Of a stretch of 49,591 bases of DNA, positions 34,235 to 43,000 are shown piece by piece. Made by a program: the position numbers and the translations under genes. The notes under the pieces were generated by a model that had not been told where the DNA came from, searched no databases, and worked only from the letters and a program-made list of their open reading frames with translations. The stretch is taken from positions 1-49,591 of IMG/VR virus record IMGVR_UViG_3300037419_001569. The stretch is one strand, 5' to 3'. The DNA comes from a virus (Duplodnaviria; Caudoviricetes). Positions within the stretch are counted from its first letter, which is position 1; each line of letters starts with the position of its first letter.

Positions 34235-34912
34235 TTAGCGAGGCTTGGCAACCGTGAGGGCGTCAACCACGATCCTAAGAGCTTCGTTATAACGCGCCTT
34301 AAGGGTCTGCAGCGTAAAGCCATCGAGCTCTCGCATGGCTCCTTTGACCCGGATCCAGTTGATCTGCCGTCCTGCGTCGCCGCGCTTTGATGTGGCACCG
34401 TAGACTAGGATCTTCCGCAACTCCTGGTCGTCGATCAGCAGCAGCCAATCCTGAACCCGGTCCGCGACCGTGATTTCGCGAGCGCTCGGCAGCGAGGGCT
34501 TAGGCGCAACCGTGTTCCACTTGCCGCCCGCCGCATCAGCGTAGATCGAGTGAACGTCGCTCCGGTCGTGGATGTAGTCGAGCCCGCACCGTCCGCTGAC
34601 CAACGGCGCGATCTTGCCGAGTGGCTGGCGGGCGATCGTCCACAACGCTTTGACGATCTGCTCCTCGACCGCGAGCATAGCGATGGCGACGCTCTGCCGT
34701 TCGGGCGAACCTTCGTGGCGCCTGACGGTTCGCTCGAGCCGGCGCTGAAGCCTTCTCGCGTCCAGGCGAGCCGACAGGTTGAGCAGCAGAGCGTTGCCTT
34801 GGTCGGCCGACAATTCCCTGCCGCCGTGGACGACAATCATACGCGGCTTCTGCCTTCGTTTCGGCCTCACTCGCCTGCTCCTGACTTCCGTTGCCGCCGT
34901 TGCCATCAGCAT
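34235..34912 (-). CDS. late gene regulator (Q-position antiterminator/activator)
   Basis: Last early gene before late promoter; basic; C-terminal HTH-like W...TLKARYNEAL. Confidence 0.55.
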   Translation of the reverse strand: MLMATAATEVRSRRVRPKRRQKPRMIVVHGGRELSADQGNALLLNLSARLDARRLQRRLERTVRRHEGSPERQSVAIAMLAVEEQIVKALWTIARQPLGKIAPLVSGRCGLDYIHDRSDVHSIYADAAGGKWNTVAPKPSLPSAREITVADRVQDWLLLIDDQELRKILVYGATSKRGDAGRQINWIRVKGAMRELDGFTLQTLKARYNEALRIVVDALTVAKPR

Positions 34913-34929
34913 TGCCCTTCCCCGACACG

Positions 34930-35040
34930 TCTCCACTCAGCTACGGGTGAAGCGGTGCGTTTCTCCAGTCGTACCCCTTTAGGGGGGACTGGAGACGAGC
35001 ACCCTCCGCTGCTCCAGTTTTCTCCAGTCCGTCTCCAGTC
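34930..35040. repeat. iteron-like TCTCCAGTC cluster (putative replication origin)
   Basis: Copies at about 34930 (variant), 34962, 35012 (partial), 35021, 35032 and inverted at 34987, flanking CCCCTTTAGGGG. Confidence 0.65.
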
Positions 35041-35048
35041 GCGAAAGG

Positions 35049-36320
35049 TCATAGATGGACCTCGTTTCCGACGACGACGAACTTGCGCGGGCGGCTCTGG
35101 TCGTCGGGCTTCTCGACGATATCGAACGCGCCGTTCGCGACCCATTCCTTGAGCACGCTGGAGATACGCTTGCGCGACTTTTCGGGGTCGAGGTCGAGGA
35201 CTCTGCCGACGGGAATGCCGACCCATTGCGGTGAGCGAGGATCGGCCCGGTAATCGCCCTGGGCCACGGCCTTCTGCGCTGCGATCAGATGGTTCGTCGA
35301 GATGCCTTCGAACAGCTCCGGCCAGCTCCACGGACACGCCACCCCGACCTGATCGCCGTTGTCGAGGCTGACATTGTTCATTCGGTACCACACCGCCTTG
35401 TCGGGCGGCGCCAGGTTCGCCTTGTCGTTCTGCACCCTGAAGTAGAAGCCGCGCTGGTCCTCGGCGACGCCGGCGAGGCTCGCTTCGTCCTGGCTCATGC
35501 GGTTGAAGACGTTGACGCTGCGGGCCGCATCGACGAGCGCTTTCGCGCCGCGGGCGCTGTCGGCATTGGTCTCGCCGCCGTTGCCCTTGCGGACATGGTG
35601 CACGAGGTTGATCGAGCAGTTGCACTCGTCGGCGAGCCGTCCCCAGGCCTTCACCACGGCGTCGATCGCGCGGTTGTCGTTCTCGCTGACTTCGTGGGAG
35701 GAGACGAACGGGTCGATGATGAGAACGTCGATCTGGCGCTCGAGCAGCTGCGCCTTCAGTTGCTCGTAGACCGGCTGGGCGATGCGCGCGCCGTACTCGG
35801 TCTCGGTGGCGATAACGCAGCGCTGGTCGCGACCGGAATCGACGAACAAGCGCCCGTCGACGTCGGTTGGCGCGATGTTGAACCACTTGGCGGTCGCGTG
35901 GATCCTGCGCTCCGATTCCTCGGCCGGATCCTCGAGATTGTACAACCATGCCGTAAGCGGACCGCCGTGGATTTCCGAACCATAGAGGTTACGGTTGGAG
36001 GCCATTGCGAGCGCTTCGCCGATCTTGACGCTTGATTTGCCGGTCCCGCCGGCCGCGACGTCGACGCTGACGAAGCGCCTGAGAAGGTGCTTGCCGTAGA
36101 GCCACAACCGCGGCGGGATCTCGGCCTCGGCCCGCCACACGAAAGGAGTAGCAATGATTGGCGGCGCTTCCTGGACAGGCTCGCCAATAGGCGGCGGTTC
36201 GGTCAGGTACGGCGGCGGCTCATCGGACTTGAGCGGAACGACGTTCGTCGACGGCGCAATGTCCGGCGCATACCCCTCGAAAGGGTCGAAGTCGTCATCG
36301 CGAAAGCTAGGCACGGGCAT
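35049..36320 (-). CDS. AAA_25 / RepA-like SF4 replicative helicase
   Basis: AAGGTGKSS Walker A, YNLED, LIIDPF Walker B, LVHHVRK, ARGA, DKAN. Confidence 0.9.
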   Translation of the reverse strand: MPVPSFRDDDFDPFEGYAPDIAPSTNVVPLKSDEPPPYLTEPPPIGEPVQEAPPIIATPFVWRAEAEIPPRLWLYGKHLLRRFVSVDVAAGGTGKSSVKIGEALAMASNRNLYGSEIHGGPLTAWLYNLEDPAEESERRIHATAKWFNIAPTDVDGRLFVDSGRDQRCVIATETEYGARIAQPVYEQLKAQLLERQIDVLIIDPFVSSHEVSENDNRAIDAVVKAWGRLADECNCSINLVHHVRKGNGGETNADSARGAKALVDAARSVNVFNRMSQDEASLAGVAEDQRGFYFRVQNDKANLAPPDKAVWYRMNNVSLDNGDQVGVACPWSWPELFEGISTNHLIAAQKAVAQGDYRADPRSPQWVGIPVGRVLDLDPEKSRKRISSVLKEWVANGAFDIVEKPDDQSRPRKFVVVGNEVHL

Positions 36321-36780
36321 CGGCCTCAACTTCCCAGCGGAACTTCGCTTGCCCGAACACAGGTTGCCATTCGCGCCTGCGGTTGGGCCCTTCCCAGGCA
36401 CCGCCGCGACGCGGCTTGAGATCGCCGATCAGCTTCCAGCCTGCCGCCTTGAGACTGGATCCACTCTCGGTCTGGAGCGTGTAAGTGACCATCCTACGGC
36501 CGCCCATTTGCTGCCAGATGCGCCAGCAGCGGCCGTACAGAAACGAGCAGACGTTGCGGGGCGCAGCAGGCCCAGCGCAGAGCCGCGTCACTTCGGCGGT
36601 GAACCCGTCCTGAAGCGATCTGGCCAGCGGACGCCCGACAATTGCCACGGCCACCAATTCGCCGTCGTCCTCTGCTCCTATGGCGAAGCGGCCGCCATCG
36701 CGCTGAGTGCGCTTGCTATGCCGATGAAACTGCTCAACGAAGTCGTTCGCCTCGCGCAGGGTGATCGGAACGACGTTCAT
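36307..36780 (-). CDS. XF1762 / Mom-like GNAT-fold DNA modification protein
   Basis: EANDFVEQFHRH, VAIVGRPLAR, EVTRLC, SFLYG, TYTLQTESGSSLKAAGW. Confidence 0.75.
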   Translation of the reverse strand: MNVVPITLREANDFVEQFHRHSKRTQRDGGRFAIGAEDDGELVAVAIVGRPLARSLQDGFTAEVTRLCAGPAAPRNVCSFLYGRCWRIWQQMGGRRMVTYTLQTESGSSLKAAGWKLIGDLKPRRGGAWEGPNRRREWQPVFGQAKFRWEVEADARA

Positions 36781-37220
36781 GCTGCCAGCCCCAAACTCAA
36801 CTGGGCACCACCAGAAACGAGGATCGTCCACTTGTTATGCAAACGTCCGCGAGCTCGACCTCCTGCCCGCTGCCCGCCGAAATGGAAGCCTAGCGCACGC
36901 CAGAAGCCGTTGCTTTCGAGGTCGTCAGCACACCATAGCGAAATGGCGATGCAGTTGCGCTCGCGCGCGATGTCAATGAGCCGATTGACCAAAGCCGTAG
37001 CTTGAGCTGCTCGGCGAGCATCGACCTGGATGCAGCACTGATAGACCTTGAGAACCGGCCAGCCATTGCCGAACGCCAAATAGCCGCAGGGCTCGCCGTT
37101 CTCGTATTGGATGAGGATTTGCCCGCGACGCGCATAGTCCTCAAGCCGCGGCGCAGGGATGAACCCTACCGCCTCGTAATTCTTCTCCATGAGATCGCGG
37201 ACGTAGCTAAGCGGCACCAT
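36777..37220 (-). CDS. GNAT-family N-acetyltransferase
   Basis: VYQCCIQVDARR...ATAL, ISLWCADDLESNGFWRALGF. Confidence 0.75.
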   Translation of the reverse strand: MVPLSYVRDLMEKNYEAVGFIPAPRLEDYARRGQILIQYENGEPCGYLAFGNGWPVLKVYQCCIQVDARRAAQATALVNRLIDIARERNCIAISLWCADDLESNGFWRALGFHFGGQRAGGRARGRLHNKWTILVSGGAQLSLGLAA

Positions 37221-37560
37221 CGCGCGCCTCCCCTTCGCCAAGAGGAAGCCGCGGCTGGAACAGCGCATCGAAGCCTGACGCGTTGCAGACGCACATCACG
37301 CATAGGCGCCGCATCTCGCGCAAGCTCTCGAGGTCGACGCGGTGGTTCATGGCGTTCTCGCTCGCCACGCGCTCGACCACATCGAGCAGCATCCAGGCTG
37401 GTTCGCACGCCCGCGTCTTCGTCGCCATTGCCCGGTCGCGCATCAGCAGCAGGCTCGAGCGCAACATCAGCTCCTCGCCGTCGCACATAGGTCTCAGCCC
37501 GCGCACGATCGGCTCATAATCGCTGCGCTTCGGAACGCGGACTGGCAGCTGCTCGGTCAT
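37207..37560 (-). CDS. hypothetical protein
   Basis: ATGA coupling to Dam-like gene; overlaps GNAT start. Confidence 0.55.
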   Translation of the reverse strand: MTEQLPVRVPKRSDYEPIVRGLRPMCDGEELMLRSSLLLMRDRAMATKTRACEPAWMLLDVVERVASENAMNHRVDLESLREMRRLCVMCVCNASGFDALFQPRLPLGEGEARDGAA

Positions 37561-38441
37561 GCGGCCACTTCCGCGAACAATGGCTTACTCAGTTGCTCGT
37601 CGGCGGCTTGGTTAATCCACAGCACTTCGGTTCGGTCCCGAGCACCGTCCGCATGGGCCATGCGCTCAACGCGCCGCCAACCCGCGAGTGTGTCGGTATA
37701 GAGCGGAGACGGATAGCCGCTCAGCACGACGGCACCGCGAAGCCCCAGGAGGAAACTAAGCAGCTCTTCGTGATCCGCCGCCGTCATTTCATGCTCGTAC
37801 ATGCCCGAGCGATGAGCGGTACCTTTGCCTGCGCGATATTTGAGGTCATAGGGATTCTTCAGAGAGCGCGTTTCCGGCAGGTAGGGCGGGTCCACGTAGT
37901 GAAGGGTCTCCGATCCATCATGCGCGGCCATGACCTCGGTCGCGCAGCGATTTTCGATCACAACGCCACGGAAGCGCTCAGCAATGGCTTCCAGGTTAGG
38001 AGGCAGGTTCCACCAATCCCGAGCAGGCGTCGTTCCGCTGCGGTTCGAATTGGCCCTGAAGCCTGTCTTCACCCGAGCATTGTGGCCGTTCGACCCGAAA
38101 CCCATGAACGAGCGGATGATCAGTCGCCTCGCCCGCTCGACGCGGCCGCGAGCATGGCTGTACGCCAGTTCGAATTCGTTGCGCGCGAATGGCGTCACAC
38201 CGAGTAAGGCTATAAGCCGCTGGGTGAGCGCCTCACTCTGAAGCACTCGGAACAGGTTAACCACATCGCCGTCGAGGTCGTTGTAGACCTCGGCATACGA
38301 GCGCTGCTTGCGAATGAGCACCGACGCCGCACCACCGAACGGCTCAACGTAGACGCGATGCGGCGGCAGGTTTTCGATGATCCACGGCGCGAGCAGCCAT
38401 TTGCCGCCATGCCAGCGAAGAGCAGGACGGTGCGGCTTCAC
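37557..38441 (-). CDS. D12-class DNA adenine methyltransferase (Dam-like)
   Basis: WHGGKW, YVEPFGGAASV, YNDLD, YVDPPY. Confidence 0.93.
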   Translation of the reverse strand: MKPHRPALRWHGGKWLLAPWIIENLPPHRVYVEPFGGAASVLIRKQRSYAEVYNDLDGDVVNLFRVLQSEALTQRLIALLGVTPFARNEFELAYSHARGRVERARRLIIRSFMGFGSNGHNARVKTGFRANSNRSGTTPARDWWNLPPNLEAIAERFRGVVIENRCATEVMAAHDGSETLHYVDPPYLPETRSLKNPYDLKYRAGKGTAHRSGMYEHEMTAADHEELLSFLLGLRGAVVLSGYPSPLYTDTLAGWRRVERMAHADGARDRTEVLWINQAADEQLSKPLFAEVAA

Positions 38442-38617
38442 ACCAGCCTCCCCTGTCTTGCCTTGGCGAGCATGTCCTCGGCCTTCTGCGGCGTGACGTT
38501 GTAGGCCTGCGCGAGGGATGCGCCGGTGAAGCTCGCTAGGCGCTCGGGCGTGCAGCCGGTCAGCAGCATCGTCAGGGCGGCGGCGCTGCGCTTCTTGGAG
38601 ATGGTGCGGGTACTCAC
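38438..38617 (-). CDS. small hypothetical protein, 59 aa
   Basis: GTGA overlaps at both ends; (M)STRTISKKRSAAALTMLL...ARQGRLV*. Confidence 0.6.
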   Translation of the reverse strand: MSTRTISKKRSAAALTMLLTGCTPERLASFTGASLAQAYNVTPQKAEDMLAKARQGRLV

Positions 38618-39054
38618 AGAAGCGCCCTTTCGATCAACTCGCGAGCGCTCAGCTCAAGCCGCGGCCGCACCGAATAGAATTTCTCGACCGTGAGCTCGAC
38701 GACCTGATTGTCATCGGGCCAGACGATGCCGTTCAGCGCGTCGATCACCTTGGCGAAATTGTCGGCATCCGGCTTCGTGATCGGCCGCAGCTGGCCAGCC
38801 TCGGCGGCGGGTCCCTTGGCCTTGTGCTTCGCGATTGCCTGCGGCGTCTGCATGAACGCGCGGATGCGAACTGAGGTCGGGCCTTGAAGCTGATCGCGCC
38901 CTTCCATAACGCGACCAGCCTCAAGCCGGATTAGGTCCTCGTAGCGCCGGGTTTTCGCGGGCGTAAACGCGCGCGCGTGGCCGTTGATCGTCGACAGCCG
39001 CGGCCTGCCCTTTGGTACGGGCGCTCCGAATACCGTGAGAGAGACGGTACCCAC
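38614..39054 (-). CDS. rusA: RusA-family Holliday junction resolvase
   Basis: PVPKGRPR, KPDADNFAKVIDALNGIVWPDDNQV. Confidence 0.92.
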   Translation of the reverse strand: MGTVSLTVFGAPVPKGRPRLSTINGHARAFTPAKTRRYEDLIRLEAGRVMEGRDQLQGPTSVRIRAFMQTPQAIAKHKAKGPAAEAGQLRPITKPDADNFAKVIDALNGIVWPDDNQVVELTVEKFYSVRPRLELSARELIERALL

Positions 39055-39055
39055 T

Positions 39056-39334
39056 TCAAGCGGCCAGCGCGATCGCTTGCTCGATCGGCGTCATGCCAAT
39101 GGCGTTCATGTAGGTCTGCAGCAGCGCCTCGGCTTCCTGGCGCGCTTGAGGCTCCATCTTCCGTAGCTTGATGATGCGCTTCACGGTCTTCGTGTCGAAG
39201 CCGGTTGCCTTCATCTCCTGAAAGACCTCGCTCTTGTCCTCGTTGAGGCCCTTGATCTCCTCGTCTAGCCGTTCGACCCGTTCGATGAAGAGCCTTAGCC
39301 GCTGGCCGGTATCTGTCGCTGGTTTCGTGTCCAT
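39056..39334 (-). CDS. gapR: GapR / DUF2312 (UPF0335) nucleoid-associated protein homolog
   Basis: RLRLFIERVERLDEEIKGL..D..EVFQEMKATGFDTK...LLQTYMNAIGM. Confidence 0.9.
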   Translation of the reverse strand: MDTKPATDTGQRLRLFIERVERLDEEIKGLNEDKSEVFQEMKATGFDTKTVKRIIKLRKMEPQARQEAEALLQTYMNAIGMTPIEQAIALAA

Positions 39335-39399
39335 CTTTCCCTCTCCTCGTTGTTCGTCCTCGCGTGCGCGTGCAGGTGCACACGCGTGAGGCTCGCCGC

Positions 39400-39723
39400 T
39401 CACCCGACTGAATCCCGGCGAATGAGCTCCAGCGTCAGCCGACGCAGCGAATTGTGCAGCCTGGGGTTCTTGCGCCGCCGCTCCTCGACGGCCTGACAGG
39501 CGTAGATGATCGTCGAATGATCGCGCCCGCCGAAGAACTGCCCGATGCGGACGTAGCTGTGCTCGGTGAGGCGCGTCGAAAGCAGGATCGCGACCTGCCG
39601 CGGCCATGCGTAACGGCGCCGGTGGAACGAGCCCGACGGCGCGCTCATGGTGGCGAGCGGCACACGGTAGCGCTTGGCGACCGCGCGCTTGATGTCGGCG
39701 ACGAGCGGTGCTCCCCTTGACAT
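39400..39723 (-). CDS. stand-alone DnaA C-terminal (domain IV) HTH protein
   Basis: AWPRQVAILL..RLTEHSYVRIGQFFGGRDHSTIIYA. Confidence 0.88.
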   Translation of the reverse strand: MSRGAPLVADIKRAVAKRYRVPLATMSAPSGSFHRRRYAWPRQVAILLSTRLTEHSYVRIGQFFGGRDHSTIIYACQAVEERRRKNPRLHNSLRRLTLELIRRDSVG

Positions 39724-39724
39724 C

Positions 39725-39877
39725 CTATGTCTCCGCTCGCGTGTGCTTGAGCGCAGCCGCTCGCCGGCGCCGGTATTGCTCGATCGCGAACGATTGGCGG
39801 CGCTGCTCGACGAGGCGCTGGAGCTCGCGGCAGGCTTTGCGATGCCTTCGCATGAAGAAGAAGCTGCGGAGGGTCAT
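39725..39877 (-). CDS. small basic hypothetical protein
   Basis: ATGA coupling with MT-A70 stop. Confidence 0.5.
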   Translation of the reverse strand: MTLRSFFFMRRHRKACRELQRLVEQRRQSFAIEQYRRRRAAALKHTRAET

Positions 39878-40524
39878 GCTGCGGCCTCGAACTTGTCGGT
39901 TTGGTTGCCCCACACGGTCCAGCCGGGTCGCTTCGTGCGAGCGAACAGTTCGAGATATGGGCCAGCGACCAAACGCTCTATGCGGGACGGAACGCAGTCG
40001 GGCTTGCGGCTGTGCTGGCGCGCTTGCTCAATGACTCCCATGCGAACGCCAGCGTCTTTGCGCTTCGGCTTTCCGCGCGTGGCGAGCAAGCAAGGCTCGG
40101 AATTGGAGCGTGTCCAGAAGCCGAGCTTCATGTCGGCTGTTTTAGGATCGGGAAATAGGTCGATCGTCGAAACGTCGGCCTTCATCCAGTCGAACGCGCA
40201 CGTCTTATATGTGAAGCCCCAAGCGGGAATGATGCTCATGCACCGCTCGATCAGCGGCCACGTCACCCAAAGGAAAAGTACGCAATCATCTGCCGCTAGG
40301 TCGGCGACTGGCAGACTGGCCAGTTCCTCGATAGAGGCAGTCTGATAGTGATTTTCGGCGGCACGGCATGTGCCAGTGTACGCCTTGCCCTTAGTATCGG
40401 CGTAATCGGCCCACGGCTTAAAATGCCACGGCGGATCGGCATAGATCGCGCCGAAATGCCGCTTCGGAAGCTCAGCGAACGGATCGTCGCGAAAGTTGCC
40501 TGGCTCGGTTTCGTAGCGGCTCAT
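39874..40524 (-). CDS. MT-A70-family N6-adenine methyltransferase
   Basis: IYADPPW, LFLWVT, WGFTYKT, HSRKP, LELFAR, WGNQ. Confidence 0.93.
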   Translation of the reverse strand: MSRYETEPGNFRDDPFAELPKRHFGAIYADPPWHFKPWADYADTKGKAYTGTCRAAENHYQTASIEELASLPVADLAADDCVLFLWVTWPLIERCMSIIPAWGFTYKTCAFDWMKADVSTIDLFPDPKTADMKLGFWTRSNSEPCLLATRGKPKRKDAGVRMGVIEQARQHSRKPDCVPSRIERLVAGPYLELFARTKRPGWTVWGNQTDKFEAAA

Positions 40525-40844
40525 GCCGCGATCTCCGCAGGCTGTGGCGCGGGCAGGTTCAGCGAGCGCTGACGGGCACGGAACGCCTTCTCGGCCTCGT
40601 CCATCAGATGATAAGCGAGCCGATCCTCCAGATCAGGCCAAGCCTTTATGGCGCGGAGCCATGCGGTGACGCCCATCTCGGCCTCGCCCGCGATGTATTG
40701 CGCGACCGCTTCGTCGGAACGGCGCATCGTTTCCGCCATTTCGTCGAGCGTCAGCTTGTTGGCGTTCTTCGTCTGCAAGAGAGCCGCGCCGATCGCGCTC
40801 AGCGTGTCTCGCTTTGATTCGCCAAGGATTGTTGGTGCGCTCAT
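40521..40844 (-). CDS. cII-position HTH regulator
   Basis: LTLDEMAETMRRSDEAVAQY HTH; second gene after cro. Confidence 0.55.
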   Translation of the reverse strand: MSAPTILGESKRDTLSAIGAALLQTKNANKLTLDEMAETMRRSDEAVAQYIAGEAEMGVTAWLRAIKAWPDLEDRLAYHLMDEAEKAFRARQRSLNLPAPQPAEIAA

Positions 40845-41098
40845 GAGTTATCCACAGGCTTGGAATGTGTGACAGACGTTCCCTGTGCGTGAGGCCGCTG
40901 GGCGTTTGGCGAAGCTCCCCCAGCCTTAGAAATTCGGCCAGCGGCCTTGGCACCATCCGGCACGTGCGGCACATCGCCCCACGCGGCTTCTTCCTCGTCA
41001 AGCATCGCTGTGAAGTTGCGCTCGAGCCAGTCGAGGCCGAAGATCGCAGCGGCGACGAAAGCGGCGGCAGCGGCGAACGCAACAAGCTCCCCCTGCAT
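40841..41098 (-). CDS. small membrane-anchored hypothetical protein
   Basis: Hydrophobic N-terminus; ATGA coupling with next gene; start uncertain. Confidence 0.45.
   Translation of the reverse strand: MQGELVAFAAAAAFVAAAIFGLDWLERNFTAMLDEEEAAWGDVPHVPDGAKAAGRISKAGGASPNAQRPHAQGTSVTHSKPVDNS
40848..40856. promoter_or_regulatory. perfect DnaA box TTATCCACA abutting cII-like start
   Basis: 3 nt upstream of ATG 40844, overlapping the ribosome-binding region. Confidence 0.45.
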
Positions 41099-41140
41099 CC
41101 GGTTAGCTTCCGTTGAGCGAAAAGTGCGATCCGATCCCAA

Positions 41141-41356
41141 TCATGCCGCGTCCTCGACCGGGTAAATGTCGGGGCGCAGATCGTGTCGGCTGATGCCTGT
41201 TTCCGCTTCCGTCTTGAGCACGAACTCTGCCGGCAGCGGCTTGTCGTTCCTAATCCAATAGGAGACGAGCTGTTGTGAAGTGCCGATCGCGTCGGCGAAT
41301 CTCGACTGATTGTTATCGAAATGCGCCAGCGCTCGCTTCAGGGCTGAATTGCTCAT
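41141..41356 (-). CDS. cro: Cro/YdaS-like repressor
   Basis: NQSRFADAIGTSQQLVSYW HTH, GISRHDLRPDIY; divergent from cI. Confidence 0.9.
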   Translation of the reverse strand: MSNSALKRALAHFDNNQSRFADAIGTSQQLVSYWIRNDKPLPAEFVLKTEAETGISRHDLRPDIYPVEDAA

Positions 41357-41367
41357 GAGCGGCATCG

Positions 41368-41404
41368 CTACAACAGTTTTGTACGTCCAACAAGACTTTT
41401 GTAG
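41368..41404. promoter_or_regulatory. OR operators: two 17-bp sites (41368-41384, 41388-41404), consensus CTACAA-N5-TTGTAG
   Basis: CTACAACAGTTTTGTAC and CAACAAGACTTTTGTAG between cro and cI. Confidence 0.8.
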
Positions 41405-41441
41405 TGAGCCTGCGCAAAAAACTTGCCTAGTCGTTGGCGCG

Positions 41442-42107
41442 ATGGACGTCCCCGAGGCAGCCAAGTGGGTTCGAGCAGAACGCCAACGGCGCGGTTGGTC
41501 GACGACGGAGCTAGCTGATCGCGCTCGCGAGTTCGCTGTCAGGGAAGGTCTGCAAATCAAACTGACGCAGCAGTCGATATCGACGTTTGAGCAGGGCGAT
41601 GCCAAGCGTATTCCGGTTTGGATGCGCCACGTCCGCATGGCGTTCGACAGTGATCACAGCGGTCCGCAGCTCGCGCGCTCGGACGTCGCTAGCGAGGAAC
41701 TCGTCTACGTTCGCCAAGTGGATATCAGCTACGCAATGGGTGCCGGCGCGGTGGTGGAGGACTATCCAGCTACGGGCCTGATCCCGTTCAATCTCCAATT
41801 CCTGCGCTCTGTGGCTCGCGGCCACGTAGAGACGCTATTCGTCGCGCGCGGCCAAGGCGACAGCATGATGCCGACGCTTATCAATGACGACCTCGTACTG
41901 ATCGACACATCGCAGCAGCTTATCACCGACCAGGACCGCATCTGGGCCGTAAGTATAGGCGGCGCCGGTATGATAAAGCGCATTCGTCGTCTCCCCGGCG
42001 ACCGATTCGAAATCATCTCCGACAACCCGATCGTTCCGCCGCAGGTCGTCAATTTCGATGATCTGCACGTCGTAGGCCGCGTGGTCTGGGTCGGCCGCCG
42101 CGTCTAA
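41442..42107 (+). CDS. cI: CI repressor (HTH + S24 autopeptidase)
   Basis: N-terminal HTH; AMGAG cleavage-site region; GDSMMP Ser and IKRI Lys dyad; start reassigned to ATG 41442. Confidence 0.93.
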   Translation: MDVPEAAKWVRAERQRRGWSTTELADRAREFAVREGLQIKLTQQSISTFEQGDAKRIPVWMRHVRMAFDSDHSGPQLARSDVASEELVYVRQVDISYAMGAGAVVEDYPATGLIPFNLQFLRSVARGHVETLFVARGQGDSMMPTLINDDLVLIDTSQQLITDQDRIWAVSIGGAGMIKRIRRLPGDRFEIISDNPIVPPQVVNFDDLHVVGRVVWVGRRV

Positions 42108-42118
42108 AATCGACGCTT

Positions 42119-42160
42119 CTACAAAATAATTGTTGACAGCTACAAAACACTTGTAGATTA
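42119..42160 (+). promoter_or_regulatory. OL operators (42119-42135, 42140-42156) with pL -35 TTGACA (42133-42138)
   Basis: CTACAAAATAATTGTTG and CTACAAAACACTTGTAG match OR consensus. Confidence 0.8.
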
Positions 42161-42168
42161 CGGAGTGC

Positions 42169-42474
42169 ATGGAACGCACTCCTCATCCCCACGCCGCCAG
42201 ACCTCCTGCTGACGGCTCCGCGCCGGCGGGCCGCGGTCGCCCCATGCCCGCCACTAACGTCGTGCCGCTCCACCGCGGCATCAGGCCCACCACCATCGAG
42301 CGCGCCGGCAAGGTCAGGCCGTCGGTGTTCACGATTCCGCCGCGGCTGTCGCGGTTCGAGCGCATTTGCACCGCCTTGGGCTCGCGTGACGCCTTCCTGA
42401 TCTACATCGGCTCGTACGTCGGCTGCATGATTACCGTGGCGCTCGCTGCGCTGTGGGCGGGAGTGCTGTCATGA
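42169..42474 (+). CDS. hypothetical protein with C-terminal TM helix
   Basis: First pL gene; GGAG SD; alternative start 42244. Confidence 0.55.
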   Translation: MERTPHPHAARPPADGSAPAGRGRPMPATNVVPLHRGIRPTTIERAGKVRPSVFTIPPRLSRFERICTALGSRDAFLIYIGSYVGCMITVALAALWAGVLS

Positions 42475-42659
42475 CCGTGCACTACGCCATTGTGAACGAT
42501 TGGGGTCTGTTCGCGGAAACCAATTCGGCGTGCGGCAACAACTTCCGCCGCGCCAAGAAGCTGACCGACGATCCTAGCGAAGTCACCTGCAAGGAATGCC
42601 GGAAGCTCTGCGGGTTCGATGCGGTTGAGCAGCCGGTTCGGCTTGCGAGGGCGGCGTGA
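42471..42659 (+). CDS. small Zn-finger-like protein
   Basis: H...ACG...VTCKEC; ATGA coupling. Confidence 0.6.
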   Translation: MTVHYAIVNDWGLFAETNSACGNNFRRAKKLTDDPSEVTCKECRKLCGFDAVEQPVRLARAA

Positions 42660-43000
42660 TCGAGATCATCCTCAAGAAGCCGGACGTGCGCCTTCTCCTG
42701 AAGGTTCTAGACGGCCCCAGCGTCACCGATCCTAAGGCCGCTGAAATATACGAATATCTGAAGCGGGCGCTCGAGGAATCCGAGCCGCGCGCGCCTTGGC
42801 GCCTCGTTGTTCGCACTGCCGAAAGCGGCGCTTACCGGGGCAACGGGATTGCTGCCAGGCTGTACCTAGACTGCGGTCATTGCATCAGAGAGAGCGGCAT
42901 AGACGCCCGCGAAATTCAGCGCTCCCTCGATGCGGGCGCCGAGATTAGGCGGCGCTGCCGCGAATGCGCTGGCGGTCCTCCGCGGAGGGCGGCTCCATGA
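42656..43000 (+). CDS. hypothetical Zn-binding protein
   Basis: LDCGH...RCREC; GTGA coupling. Confidence 0.6.
   Translation: MIEIILKKPDVRLLLKVLDGPSVTDPKAAEIYEYLKRALEESEPRAPWRLVVRTAESGAYRGNGIAARLYLDCGHCIRESGIDAREIQRSLDAGAEIRRRCRECAGGPPRRAAP

Noticed and set aside
34930-35040. CRISPR mini-array
   Set aside because: Repeats are only about 9 bp with irregular short spacing and mixed orientation; no cas genes
34906-35052. 48-aa ORF MTFRDWRRTGENW... overlapping iterons
   Set aside because: Has ATGA coupling but its sequence is dictated by the DNA repeats; cannot support as a functional protein
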